Part shown: positions 29,585-39,087 of the stretch, in pieces
Layout of the letters: every line of letters begins with the position of its first letter
Numbering within the stretch: position 1 is the first letter of the stretch
NCBI GenBank assembly: GCA_031424735.1
Contig: JANPIA010000388.1
Location: forward strand, 1 to 54,982
Direction of reading: 5' to 3'
Length of the DNA: 54,982 nt
Source of the DNA: Segetibacter sp.
GTDB lineage: Bacteria > Bacteroidota > Bacteroidia > Chitinophagales > Chitinophagaceae
The notes under the pieces: model-generated
Database searches by the model: none
Told to the model about the DNA's origin: nothing
What the model saw: the letters and a program-made list of their open reading frames with translations, nothing else
Program-made: the position numbers and the translations under genes

Positions 29585-31753
29585 TTAAAGTTCATTTGAC
29601 GCAATGGTCATTTTGATTTCGCTATAGGTATAATCGGGTGGTAAATTCTCTTTCAAATTCCTCAGGCTTTCTGTTCCCAATTTGCCTATCATCATATTGA
29701 TTACTTCTCGCCTTTGTGAACTCACAAAATCCTCAACTTTCAACTCCCCGGTAGAAATGTAATAGGCAAGGTGATTTTGAATCGTAATGATTGAAAGGTT
29801 TCTTTCTTCGGCTATTTCATCCATGCTTTTACCTTGTTTATAAAGTTGAAGAGAGATATTGGTGGTTTCGGTTGAGCGTTCTTTTTTAACAACGGAGATT
29901 TTTCTTTCTCTTTTAGAATTTTTGAGATGAATTTGTGTGGGTAAATTTTGCTCCCTGCAATAAGTAAGCACCAAATCCAAAAACACCTTGCCATACTGTT
30001 GAATTTTGAATTCGCCGAAACCCGAAATTTTATGTAAATCGTTTAGCGTAGCAGGCAGGTATGTTGCAAGATCCAACATGGAGCTGTCGCTAAAAATGAT
30101 ATAGGCAGGAACATTTTGCTCATGGGCGATCATGTTTCTTAATTGTTTAAGCTGGTTGAATAATTCCTTATCGTATGAATGTTGCTGGAAAATTTGTGGC
30201 TCTTTCGCAATCTTTACTTCCATTGGTTTTGAAAGAAACACTTTTTCCTGTTTGTATAAAACCTGTCGGCTTTTCTCGGTTAGCTTAAGCACCGGAAATT
30301 CATCGTCGCTTTGCAGGAGATAACCAGCATTCAACAATTCCTTTGTATAATACTTCCATTGATCTTTGGGCATGTCCTTCCCTATACCGAATACCGAAAG
30401 TTGTTTGTGTTCAGCACGAATTCTTTCGCTATTGCTTCCCCACAAAACGTCCACTACGTATAACATACCAAACCGTTCATTTATTCGTGCTACAGTGCTT
30501 AATATTTTTTGCGCAATCACAGTAGCATCGTGGGTTTCGGGTTTATTAAGGCATACGTCGCAACTGTTGCAATCGTTCGTGGCTTCCTCCCCAAAATAGT
30601 TTAAGAGATACTTTCTTCTACAGGTCCTTATTTCGCAAAACGTAGCCATTTTGTCAAGCTTTTGCAGCATTATTTTGCTTTGCGCAGTGTTGCCTTCAAC
30701 GGTAGCAAATTTTTTCAGCTTCATAACATCGCCGGTACTGTAATACAACAGGGCTTCGCTATGTAGTCCATCCCTGCCAGCACGCCCGGTTTCCTGGTAA
30801 TAACTTTCAATATTTTTGGGAAGATCAACATGAATAACAAACCGAACGTTACTTTTATTAATGCCCATGCCAAAAGCAATAGTAGCCACCATAATTCTTA
30901 CATCATCTTTCAAAAATTTATCCTGCCGTTCGTCTCGCAAATTCTTTTCAAGACCTGCATGGTAGGCCTCTGCATTAATGCCATAGGTTTTTAATTCTTC
31001 GGTTAATTTTTCGGTGCTTACCCTGCTCAGACAATAAATTATACCGCTATCCTCTTTATGATCCAGCAAGTAATTTACAAGTTGATCAAAATAATCCTTC
31101 TTCGGTTTTACGTAATAATAAATGTTGGGCCGGTTGAAGCTGTTTTCGAAAACCTTATAATCCGTAAGCCCGAGTTTATCTATGATATCGTTTTTGGTAA
31201 GATCATCAGCGGTAGCCGTAAGGGCAATTACAGGTAAGGAAGGAAATTGCTTTTTCAGTTCACCAAGCACCCGGTATTCAGGGCGAAAGTCGTGCCCCCA
31301 GTGGCTTATACAGTGTGCTTCATCAATGGCGAATAAAGAAACATTGATGGATTTTAGAAAATTGATGAACTGTGCTTCGCTGCCTAACAACCTTTCGGGG
31401 GCAACGTATAATAATTTTAATTCGTTGCGCTGAAGTTGCAGTGATATATTTTGTTGTTCATAATTTCCCTGGGTACTATTTAAAAAAGCCGCTTTTACGC
31501 CACTTGCCACCAGGGAATCCACCTGGTCTTTCATTAAAGCAATCAGTGGACTAACTACGATTGTAACACCCGGCAAGCACATAGCAGGTAGCTGGTAGCA
31601 CAAACTTTTTCCTCCGCCTGTTGGCATAAGCACAACAGCATCTTTGCCGCTTAAGATATGCCCGATGATTTGTTGCTGGTTATGTCTGAAATCGTCGTAA
31701 CCAAAAACATTTTTAAGAATTTCGTGTGGTGAGATGTTTGTGGATGGTATCAT
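29585..31753 (-). CDS. recQ: DNA helicase RecQ (paralogue 2, with C-terminal HRDC + HTH)
   Basis: FGYDDFR, MPTGGGKSLCYQ, DEAHCISHWGHDFRPEY, CRRKYLL...CDVC, HRDC (PAYIIFSD), HTH tail. Start set at ATG 31753. Confidence 0.93.
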   Translation of the reverse strand: MIPSTNISPHEILKNVFGYDDFRHNQQQIIGHILSGKDAVVLMPTGGGKSLCYQLPAMCLPGVTIVVSPLIALMKDQVDSLVASGVKAAFLNSTQGNYEQQNISLQLQRNELKLLYVAPERLLGSEAQFINFLKSINVSLFAIDEAHCISHWGHDFRPEYRVLGELKKQFPSLPVIALTATADDLTKNDIIDKLGLTDYKVFENSFNRPNIYYYVKPKKDYFDQLVNYLLDHKEDSGIIYCLSRVSTEKLTEELKTYGINAEAYHAGLEKNLRDERQDKFLKDDVRIMVATIAFGMGINKSNVRFVIHVDLPKNIESYYQETGRAGRDGLHSEALLYYSTGDVMKLKKFATVEGNTAQSKIMLQKLDKMATFCEIRTCRRKYLLNYFGEEATNDCNSCDVCLNKPETHDATVIAQKILSTVARINERFGMLYVVDVLWGSNSERIRAEHKQLSVFGIGKDMPKDQWKYYTKELLNAGYLLQSDDEFPVLKLTEKSRQVLYKQEKVFLSKPMEVKIAKEPQIFQQHSYDKELFNQLKQLRNMIAHEQNVPAYIIFSDSSMLDLATYLPATLNDLHKISGFGEFKIQQYGKVFLDLVLTYCREQNLPTQIHLKNSKRERKISVVKKERSTETTNISLQLYKQGKSMDEIAEERNLSIITIQNHLAYYISTGELKVEDFVSSQRREVINMMIGKLGTESLRNLKENLPPDYTYSEIKMTIASNEL

Positions 31754-31920
31754 TTGTAGAAAAGTAAAAATAATAAAGTATTTCATGTTGAGGTTTCGGG
31801 GTACACGGTCCAAAAAGAAAACCTGTGCAACCATACAGAGTTTTGATGGATATTAACATCTATGTACGCCATTACCCCGTAATTTCTACACCCGGGGATT
31901 CGGGATTATTAAATTCTGTT

Positions 31921-32655
31921 ATGAGACAATTATTGGTTTTAGCGTTTGTTTTGTTCACGTTTTCTAAGGTAACATTTGCCCAAAAAGCCCCATCGCATCA
32001 ACAATGGGACAAACTGGTGAAAAAACATGTAGATAAGATGGGCTTAGTGAATTACAAAGGTTTTCAAAAAGATAAAGGGGAACTCGACAGTTATTTAAAA
32101 TTATTAAGCGACAACGGTCCGAAAGATAGTTGGAGTGACAATGAACAAAAAGCTTTTTGGATCAATGCTTATAACGCGTTCACTGTATCGCTAATATTAA
32201 AGCATTACCCGGTTAAGAGTATTAAAGAAATTGGAGGCTCTATCTATAAGATCAACACAGCCTGGGATATTAAGTTCATCAACATCAACGGCAAAAAAAT
32301 GGACCTTAACAATATTGAAAGCGGAACATTGCGTAAAAAATGGGACGATGCGCGGATACATTTTGCGGTGAATTGTGCATCTATGTCGTGCCCTGCTTTG
32401 CGTAACGAAGCTTATACTGCAGATAGATTAGAAGCGCAGTTGGATGATGCCGGCAAGCGTTTCCTGGCAGATAAAACGAAGAATGACATTACCGCGGCTA
32501 AAGCCCGGCTTTCCAAAATATTTTCGTGGTATAAAGGTGATTTTAAAAAGAATGGCGGTGTGGTCAACTTCATCAACAAGTATTCGTCCGTCAACATCAG
32601 CAGCAAAACTTCGGTTGATTATAACGATTACGACTGGGCTTTGAATGAGCAATAA
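31921..32655 (+). CDS. DUF547 domain exported protein
   Basis: Signal peptide MRQLLVLAF...; AFWINAYNA, DARIHFAVNCASMSCP, LSKIFSWY, YDWALN. Confidence 0.88.
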   Translation: MRQLLVLAFVLFTFSKVTFAQKAPSHQQWDKLVKKHVDKMGLVNYKGFQKDKGELDSYLKLLSDNGPKDSWSDNEQKAFWINAYNAFTVSLILKHYPVKSIKEIGGSIYKINTAWDIKFININGKKMDLNNIESGTLRKKWDDARIHFAVNCASMSCPALRNEAYTADRLEAQLDDAGKRFLADKTKNDITAAKARLSKIFSWYKGDFKKNGGVVNFINKYSSVNISSKTSVDYNDYDWALNEQ

Positions 32656-32738
32656 TAAGCCGGGCTAATTCGTCGATATTAAGGCAACCTTACAATCCTT
32701 TCTCTATTGTAATACCTTTATGGCTGTAAACAACAATT

Positions 32739-34244
32739 ATGATGGATGTAGCGGTAAATGTGATTATGGTAGTGTATGGAGCCGCAATGTTGTTTATTTT
32801 CTTACATAGTATTTCCGACGCACACCTTATTTACCATTACTTAAAAGCCTCTCAAAAAGAAACCGGTCTATCCTCTTCTGTAATATTCCAACCGAAGGTA
32901 ACTGTTCAACTCCCGCTTTATAACGAAATGTATGTAGCCGAACGATTGCTCAACGCAGTTGCCTCGTTAAGCTATCCACAACAACAACTGGAAATACAGG
33001 TACTAGACGATTCTACAGATGAAACATCAACATTCATTGCTGATAAAATAAAAGCGTTGAGGAGCAGTGGCGTTAATATCCAACATATCCAACGTAATAA
33101 CAGGGAGGGCTATAAAGCAGGCGCTTTAAAAAATGGGCTATCCAAAGCAAGCGGCGAATTCGTTGCTATTTTTGATGCCGACTTTATTCCTTCGCCCGAC
33201 TTTATACAACAAACGATCCCATCATTTTCTGATAGTGCGGTAGGTATGGTACAAACGCGTTGGTCTCATGTAAATAAAAATAATTCGCTCCTCACCAACT
33301 TGCAGGCAATGGCGCTAGACGGGCATTTTAGTATTGAACAAAACGGAAGAAACGCCGCTGGTTTTTTCATCAACTTCAACGGCACCGCCGGCGTTTGGCG
33401 AAAGCAATGTATTATAGATGCTGGCAATTGGCAGGCAGACACGTTAACGGAGGACCTTGACCTAAGTTACCGTGCACAATTAAAAGGATGGAAATTTAAA
33501 TACCTTGAAAACGTTACTGCACCCGCAGAATTGCCACCACTCATTAGCGCATTAAAGTCCCAGCAGTTCCGCTGGACAAAGGGTGGAGCCGAAACCGCAA
33601 AAAAGCATCTTAAAACATTGTTGTTTTCCCGGCAACCTTTCAATGTAAAATGGCATGGCGTTTTTCACCTTGTTAACAACCTGGGTTTTGTTAGCATTAT
33701 AACGTGCGCTCTTCTTACCGTTCCGCTTCTATTTGTTAAGGAACACTATCCCAGTTATAGTTTATATTTTAAGTACGTCACGTTCACAGTATTTAGCTTT
33801 TTTGTTTTTGGTCTTCATTACAGCATTGCCTATTCAAAAAATTCAGCGGGTACAATCAGCAATAAACTGCCCGGTTTTTTAAAAACCTTTCCCCTTTTCA
33901 TGTCGTTATATTTGGGCTTGAGTTTAAACAATGCCATTGGTGTGCTGGAAGGCTATTTCGGTAAAAAAAGTGGCTTCATCCGCACCCCTAAATTTAATAT
34001 GACCGGTAAAAAACAAAACACTTTCAGTAACCAGTACGTGCAGCAAAAGCTAAGCTGGCTCACTATTACAGAAGGTTTATTTGCTCTTTACTTTACTTAT
34101 GGTATTGTTCAGGCCGTGTATTTAAAAAACTATGTAAGTGTTCCGTTTTTGCTAATGGCGGCAACCGGCTTTATCATGGTTTTTGTGTGGAGTATGCAGG
34201 AAAGAAAAATGAAAAAGATACCAGTGAAACAAACAGGTGATTAA
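32739..34244 (+). CDS. Membrane GT2 glycosyltransferase (cellulose-synthase-like / CslA-type)
   Basis: VTVQLPLYNE, QVLDDS, GYKAGAL, IFDADF, TEDLDL, QQFRW (QxxRW); N- and C-terminal TMs. Confidence 0.9.
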   Translation: MMDVAVNVIMVVYGAAMLFIFLHSISDAHLIYHYLKASQKETGLSSSVIFQPKVTVQLPLYNEMYVAERLLNAVASLSYPQQQLEIQVLDDSTDETSTFIADKIKALRSSGVNIQHIQRNNREGYKAGALKNGLSKASGEFVAIFDADFIPSPDFIQQTIPSFSDSAVGMVQTRWSHVNKNNSLLTNLQAMALDGHFSIEQNGRNAAGFFINFNGTAGVWRKQCIIDAGNWQADTLTEDLDLSYRAQLKGWKFKYLENVTAPAELPPLISALKSQQFRWTKGGAETAKKHLKTLLFSRQPFNVKWHGVFHLVNNLGFVSIITCALLTVPLLFVKEHYPSYSLYFKYVTFTVFSFFVFGLHYSIAYSKNSAGTISNKLPGFLKTFPLFMSLYLGLSLNNAIGVLEGYFGKKSGFIRTPKFNMTGKKQNTFSNQYVQQKLSWLTITEGLFALYFTYGIVQAVYLKNYVSVPFLLMAATGFIMVFVWSMQERKMKKIPVKQTGD

Positions 34245-34285
34245 AAATAATTATGGTACCCGCATTGTTTTTCATAGCCTCGGTC

Positions 34286-34309
34286 TTGCGTCGCACTCTT
34301 TTACAGTTG
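34286..34309 (-). repeat. Dispersed intergenic repeat, copy 2
   Basis: Minus strand CAACTGTAAAAGAGTGCGACGCAA; 21/24 identical to 29512-29535. Confidence 0.55.
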
Positions 34310-34431
34310 TCACTTTGCTCGGCTACGATTGGTTTGATACTGAAACTCGCGTTACAAATAAAGCAACAACTTAATCGACAACTTTTACCACTTCATTGTA
34401 CCACAATGAAAGTATAACAGTCGCACCCTTC

Positions 34432-35163
34432 ATGACAAAGCAACCCAGACTTGAAAACTCAATAGTCGTTATCATTCCTGCTTACAACGAAGAAAATTCC
34501 GTGGCAAGGGTTGTGAACGATATTCCTGCCGGGCTTGTTCAGGAGGTAATAGTGGTAAACAATAACTCAAACGATGCAACAGACTTAAATGCGCGAAATG
34601 CAGGAGCAACCGTACTGCACGAGGAACGACCTGGATATGGATATGCCTGTTTAAAAGGCATTGAATACATTAAACAAATACAACCATCGCCCGGCATTGT
34701 TGTTTTTATTGATGCCGATTATTCTGATCATCCCGAGGAGATGCCAAAAGTTATTCAACCTATAATTGAAGAAGGTTATGATATGATCATTGGTTCAAGG
34801 GCGCTGGGTATTAAAGAACATGGTTCCATGACACCACAGCAGGTTTTTGGCAACTGGTTGGCTACGCGATTAATTAAAAAAATGTATGGCGTTGTTTATA
34901 CCGACCTCGGACCGTTTCGTGCAATCAGGTACGATAAATTGCTGCTGCTAAATATGCACGATACAACATATGGATGGACTGTTGAAATGCAGTTAAAGGC
35001 TGCCAAACTAAAAATGAAAATAAAGGAGGTGCCCGTTAATTATCGCAAACGTATTGGGATTTCAAAAATCAGCGGCACGGTTAAAGGAACGGTAATGGCG
35101 GGTTATAAAATTATTACAACAATATTTAAGTATCGGTATTTTGCAAAGTGTAGACACCACTGA
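34432..35163 (+). CDS. GT2 polyprenol-phosphate glycosyltransferase (DPM1-like)
   Basis: VIIPAYNEE, GYGYAC, FIDADYS, IGSR, TDLGPFRAI, GWTVEMQ, SKISGT; no C-terminal TMs. Start set at ATG 34432. Confidence 0.88.
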   Translation: MTKQPRLENSIVVIIPAYNEENSVARVVNDIPAGLVQEVIVVNNNSNDATDLNARNAGATVLHEERPGYGYACLKGIEYIKQIQPSPGIVVFIDADYSDHPEEMPKVIQPIIEEGYDMIIGSRALGIKEHGSMTPQQVFGNWLATRLIKKMYGVVYTDLGPFRAIRYDKLLLLNMHDTTYGWTVEMQLKAAKLKMKIKEVPVNYRKRIGISKISGTVKGTVMAGYKIITTIFKYRYFAKCRHH

Positions 35164-35188
35164 CTTTATGGGTAGCAAAAAATCGGTC

Positions 35189-35348
35189 TCCCTCCTTGAA
35201 AAGAAGGGGAAACTGCACGGTGCAGGTGTTTGGTTTTTGTTCGGTTTTACTGGGTACCGGCTTAGCAGGTGGCTTCAGATAAAAAATTAAGCTATCAATC
35301 TTATGAAACCACTTTGCCGCATTTCCATCCTTTTAAATCAGGAGGGGG
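35189..35348. repeat. Degenerate palindromic REP-like element
   Basis: Two imperfect CCCTCCT..AGGAGGG hairpins (35189-35210, 35324-35348) flanking an inner inverted pair GCAGGTGGCTTCA / TGAAACCACTTTGC. Confidence 0.45.
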
Positions 35349-35408
35349 TGGTTATGGCTATTAAACGTTCATACTTGGAAATCTTCCCGCAAAAAAATAG
35401 AAAGTAAA

Positions 35409-36344
35409 ATGGTCTATAAAAATTATATCATCCCTATTATATCATTTAGTTTATTAGTTACAACCTGTAAACCAAAAGTTCCGGGTGCAAAAAGCTTCTC
35501 TCAACCAACGGAGCAATTTAAACAACGGTGGTACACAGGCAACGCAGAAATAAACAGCTACGATCTTACACAGGCACGTTATGGCGAGCTGCGAAAAGGA
35601 GAAGCCATTCTCCTCTTTGTAACCGAGGATTTTTCTACCAGTAAATTGGTGAAGCTGGATGAGCCCGATAAAACGAACGATAAGGTGCGTGTGATGAAGA
35701 CAAATTTTACAAAGAAATTTTTCACCGGTATTTACCCTTACTCAATGATGGTTTCTGCCTTCACTCCCGTTTCTTCTGATGGAAAGCAACAAACAATTAA
35801 AGCAGATTGCTCTGCCCAGGAGTGGTGCGGGCATACTTTCTCTCAGTTACAATTACATGGCGATAAATACGATTGGCAATTACATTCTTATTTTGAAAAA
35901 GAAGGTGCGCAACAATTAAAAATTAAAGCAACATTGCTTGAAGATGAATTATGGAACCGAATACGTTTAAACCCAAATACATTACCCGAAGGCAATATTA
36001 AACTGATACCCGGCTTAATGTGGCAGAGGCTATCCCATACACCAATACGGGAAGAGGACGCAATTACTACAGTTGTTAAAAACCTAGACAGCAACCGTCA
36101 TTCCTCCACCTATAAAATTGAATACCCTGCATTGAAAAGAACGATAAACATTCATTTCAATAATGTTTTTCCAAATGAGATAATCGGTTGGGATGAAACC
36201 TACCCCGATGGTTTTGTAGACAATAAAAAGATGTTGACTACAACCGCAAGCCTGAAAAAATCTATCTGGCTCCCTTATTGGAAACACAATGCAAATGCAG
36301 ATTCTCTATACCGCGATTCACTGCAACTACTGCGTTATGAATAA
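35409..36344 (+). CDS. Conserved hypothetical lipoprotein
   Basis: Possible lipobox LVTTC; WYTGNAEINSYDLTQARYGE, FVTEDF, FTGIYPYSMM, QEWCG, LLEDELW, PYW blocks. Confidence 0.7.
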   Translation: MVYKNYIIPIISFSLLVTTCKPKVPGAKSFSQPTEQFKQRWYTGNAEINSYDLTQARYGELRKGEAILLFVTEDFSTSKLVKLDEPDKTNDKVRVMKTNFTKKFFTGIYPYSMMVSAFTPVSSDGKQQTIKADCSAQEWCGHTFSQLQLHGDKYDWQLHSYFEKEGAQQLKIKATLLEDELWNRIRLNPNTLPEGNIKLIPGLMWQRLSHTPIREEDAITTVVKNLDSNRHSSTYKIEYPALKRTINIHFNNVFPNEIIGWDETYPDGFVDNKKMLTTTASLKKSIWLPYWKHNANADSLYRDSLQLLRYE

Positions 36345-37692
36345 AATGGTAATGAGGCGTTGTTTGTTTTTTACCTTATTGCTGTTAATGGCAGCTGGCT
36401 ATTATTTGCTTTGTTACCAAACACTCCGTTCAAACTTTATCCAGGTGTTCGGTTTGTTCACCATATTATTTGCAGGTTATTTTTTTATCACCCAATACTT
36501 TGCGGAAGTATATTTTAAACAGTTGATTACAGCGGGTATTTTATTCAGGTTGCTGCTCCTTTTTTCGGTCCCCAATCTATCGGATGATGTATATCGATTT
36601 ATATGGGATGGAAGATTATCCGCCAGCGGAATCAATCCTTTCAGCCAGTTACCGGCAAACCTGGTGGCTTCCTCAAAAGTTGTAACAGGCTTAACGCCTC
36701 AACTGTTTGCACAGCTAAACTCTCCCGGCTATTTTACCATTTACCCGCCTGTAATGCAAGCTGCTTTTTGGTTTGCGGGCAAGTGCTTTCCCACAAATAT
36801 ATATGCGGGCATCGTTTGCCTGAAAGGTTTCATACTACTGGCTGAAGTTGGGAACATTTTTTTATTGCCCGTAATTCTTCGTCGGCTAAAGCTGCCCGAA
36901 CATTGGTCTTTGATTTACATTTTAAATCCGCTGGTTATTACAGAGCTTATGGGTAATGTACATTTTGAAGCAGCCATGATCTTCTTTATGTTGTTGTCCC
37001 TGTACCTGTTTCTTAAGAAGAAAAAACATCTTTCGGCTGTTGCGTTAGGATTAAGCATATGTACCAAGTTAGTTCCGGTAATTTTTATACCGTTAATTAT
37101 TGCCAAACTTGGTTGGAAAAAAGGAATGATCTTTTCGGTGATCAGCGGTGCCGTTACTTTGATTTTGTTCTTGTTTATGTTGGATGAGCAAACCATTAAA
37201 AGCTTCTTCGCAAGCATTGACCTCTTCTTTACAAAATTTGAATTTAATGCAAGCCTGTACTACCTGGTGCGATGGTTAGGTTACCAGTTAAACGGATATA
37301 ATATTATTGCCTGGGCAGGTCCCTGGCTTGCCGTTGTTAGCACGATAACCATACTTCTTATTTCTTTTCCTAAACCTGAATTCACAACGGTGCAGTTTTT
37401 TGCGAAAGCATTATTGATCGTTACAGTGTATTACCTGTGCAGTACAACAGTTCATCCATGGTATATTGTAATGCCTGTTGCATTAAGTGTGTTTACAAGG
37501 TATAGGTTTGCCTTAGCCTGGTCGTACGTTGTAACACTTAGTTACTATGCATACCATTTTGTTCCGGTTAAGGAGAGCTTGTGGTTAGTGGGGTTAGAAT
37601 ATGTGGTTGTAGTAAGCTGGTTGCTTTGGGAACTGGGCGGACTTTTTTACCGCGGAAAAGCGGGCAGCGTAGGAAACGCAGAGAAAACATAA
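36337..37692 (+). CDS. GT-C polyprenol-phosphate-sugar-dependent glycosyltransferase (GT87/mannosyltransferase-like)
   Basis: About 11 TMs; LSDDVYRFIWDG first-loop motif, TIYPP, LNPLVI.E..GNVHFE, HPWY. Start overlaps the upstream stop. Confidence 0.82.
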   Translation: MNKMVMRRCLFFTLLLLMAAGYYLLCYQTLRSNFIQVFGLFTILFAGYFFITQYFAEVYFKQLITAGILFRLLLLFSVPNLSDDVYRFIWDGRLSASGINPFSQLPANLVASSKVVTGLTPQLFAQLNSPGYFTIYPPVMQAAFWFAGKCFPTNIYAGIVCLKGFILLAEVGNIFLLPVILRRLKLPEHWSLIYILNPLVITELMGNVHFEAAMIFFMLLSLYLFLKKKKHLSAVALGLSICTKLVPVIFIPLIIAKLGWKKGMIFSVISGAVTLILFLFMLDEQTIKSFFASIDLFFTKFEFNASLYYLVRWLGYQLNGYNIIAWAGPWLAVVSTITILLISFPKPEFTTVQFFAKALLIVTVYYLCSTTVHPWYIVMPVALSVFTRYRFALAWSYVVTLSYYAYHFVPVKESLWLVGLEYVVVVSWLLWELGGLFYRGKAGSVGNAEKT

Positions 37693-37740
37693 GTAAAAGA
37701 CTCCGCGACATCTCTCCGACTCTTTCTCTCTGCGGTTAAA
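37645..37740. repeat. Nested inverted-repeat (REP/MITE-like) element at convergent gene ends
   Basis: Ends TTTTACCGCGGA / TCTGCGGTTAAA (10/12 inverted); inner CGCAGAG / CTCCGCG. Confidence 0.55.
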
Positions 37741-37750
37741 CGTTCCTTTT

Positions 37751-38956
37751 TTATCTCCTTCTGCTATTATTAAACTTTGGTCGCACCTTACCTGCAGGGC
37801 GTGGATGATAGGGAGGGGTATCTCCAAACTGCGCCGGCACTTTTGATTTATGCACTGGTTTGCCAAGCAATTCTTCAATGGCCGCAAATTTGTTTTGTTC
37901 CTTCTCGTTAATGAGGGTATAAGCGGTGCCATCGGTTTCTGCACGCGCTGTACGTCCTATACGGTGTACATAATCTTCACCATCATTGGGCACATCGTAG
38001 TTTATAACAAGGTCAATGTTATCTATATCAATTCCTCTTGAAAGTATATCCGTAGCCACCAATATTTTTAAACGATGATTTATAAAACTGGCCAGTACCT
38101 GCTCCCGCATGTTCTGGTCAAGATCCGAATGTATTTCTTCAATAGAAAAACCAGATCGTTTCAAATCGCGGCTCAGGTCTTTTACATTATTCTTCTTCGA
38201 GCAAAAGATGAGTACGCTTTGAAAATCCTTCGATTTCAGCAGGTATTTCACCAATGCCGACTTTTGCGAATCGTACACAACAAATGCTTCCTGAACAATC
38301 TTCTCTGGCGGCTTGGAAATGGATATGTTTACTTCAACCGGGTTGTGCAGAATTTTACGCGCAAGCTCTCGTATCTTACCAGGCATCGTGGCGGAAAATA
38401 AAAGGTTCTGGCGTTTTGTTGGTAAAAACGAAATGATCTTCATGATATCGTCGTTAAATCCCATATCCAACATGCGATCTGCTTCATCTAAAACCAAATA
38501 TTGCAGTTGCTTTAGCTTAACATACCCCATTGCCAGGTGACCAATCATTCTGCCGGGCGTGCAAATCACTATATCCGCTCCCTTTGAAAGCGCCGACCGT
38601 TCCTGTGAGAAAGAAGCGCCATCTCCTCCACCATAAACAGCTATAGAACTAACGCTGGTAAAATAAGAAAGCCCTTCAAGGTTTTGCGCTATTTGTATAG
38701 CGAGTTCCCTGGTTGGTACAATAATGAGTGCGTTAATATGATCGTCGTGGCTGTTAGCCGAAGTAATGATCTTATGAATTACAGGTAAAAGGAAAGCGGC
38801 CGTTTTGCCGGTTCCGGTTTGAGCGGAAGCGATAATATCCCTGCCTTCCATAATGTGCGGGATAACCTGTTCCTGAACCGGAGTTGCATTTTCATACCCG
38901 GTTGAATCAATACCATCCAGCAATCTTTCGTCAAAACCAAAATCTCTAAAAGTCAA
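37751..38956 (-). CDS. DEAD-box RNA helicase
   Basis: Q motif, AQTGTGKT, PTRELA, TPGR, DEAD, SAT, HRIGRTAR. Start set at TTG 38956 (LTFRDFGF). Confidence 0.93.
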   Translation of the reverse strand: MTFRDFGFDERLLDGIDSTGYENATPVQEQVIPHIMEGRDIIASAQTGTGKTAAFLLPVIHKIITSANSHDDHINALIIVPTRELAIQIAQNLEGLSYFTSVSSIAVYGGGDGASFSQERSALSKGADIVICTPGRMIGHLAMGYVKLKQLQYLVLDEADRMLDMGFNDDIMKIISFLPTKRQNLLFSATMPGKIRELARKILHNPVEVNISISKPPEKIVQEAFVVYDSQKSALVKYLLKSKDFQSVLIFCSKKNNVKDLSRDLKRSGFSIEEIHSDLDQNMREQVLASFINHRLKILVATDILSRGIDIDNIDLVINYDVPNDGEDYVHRIGRTARAETDGTAYTLINEKEQNKFAAIEELLGKPVHKSKVPAQFGDTPPYHPRPAGKVRPKFNNSRRR

Positions 38957-39087
38957 AATATTAAGTTGTATTTGTGTTGGGTAAAGATAGGATAAATGAA
39001 ATCGGCAGAAATTGTGCGATTTGGAAAATATGACCACAAAAAAATCCGCTACCAGTTAAATAGCGGATCAACCCTATGTTCTGTAAG

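Noticed and set aside
32739-34244. Cellulose synthase BcsA
   Set aside because: No PilZ domain and no bcsB/bcsC/bcsZ neighbours.
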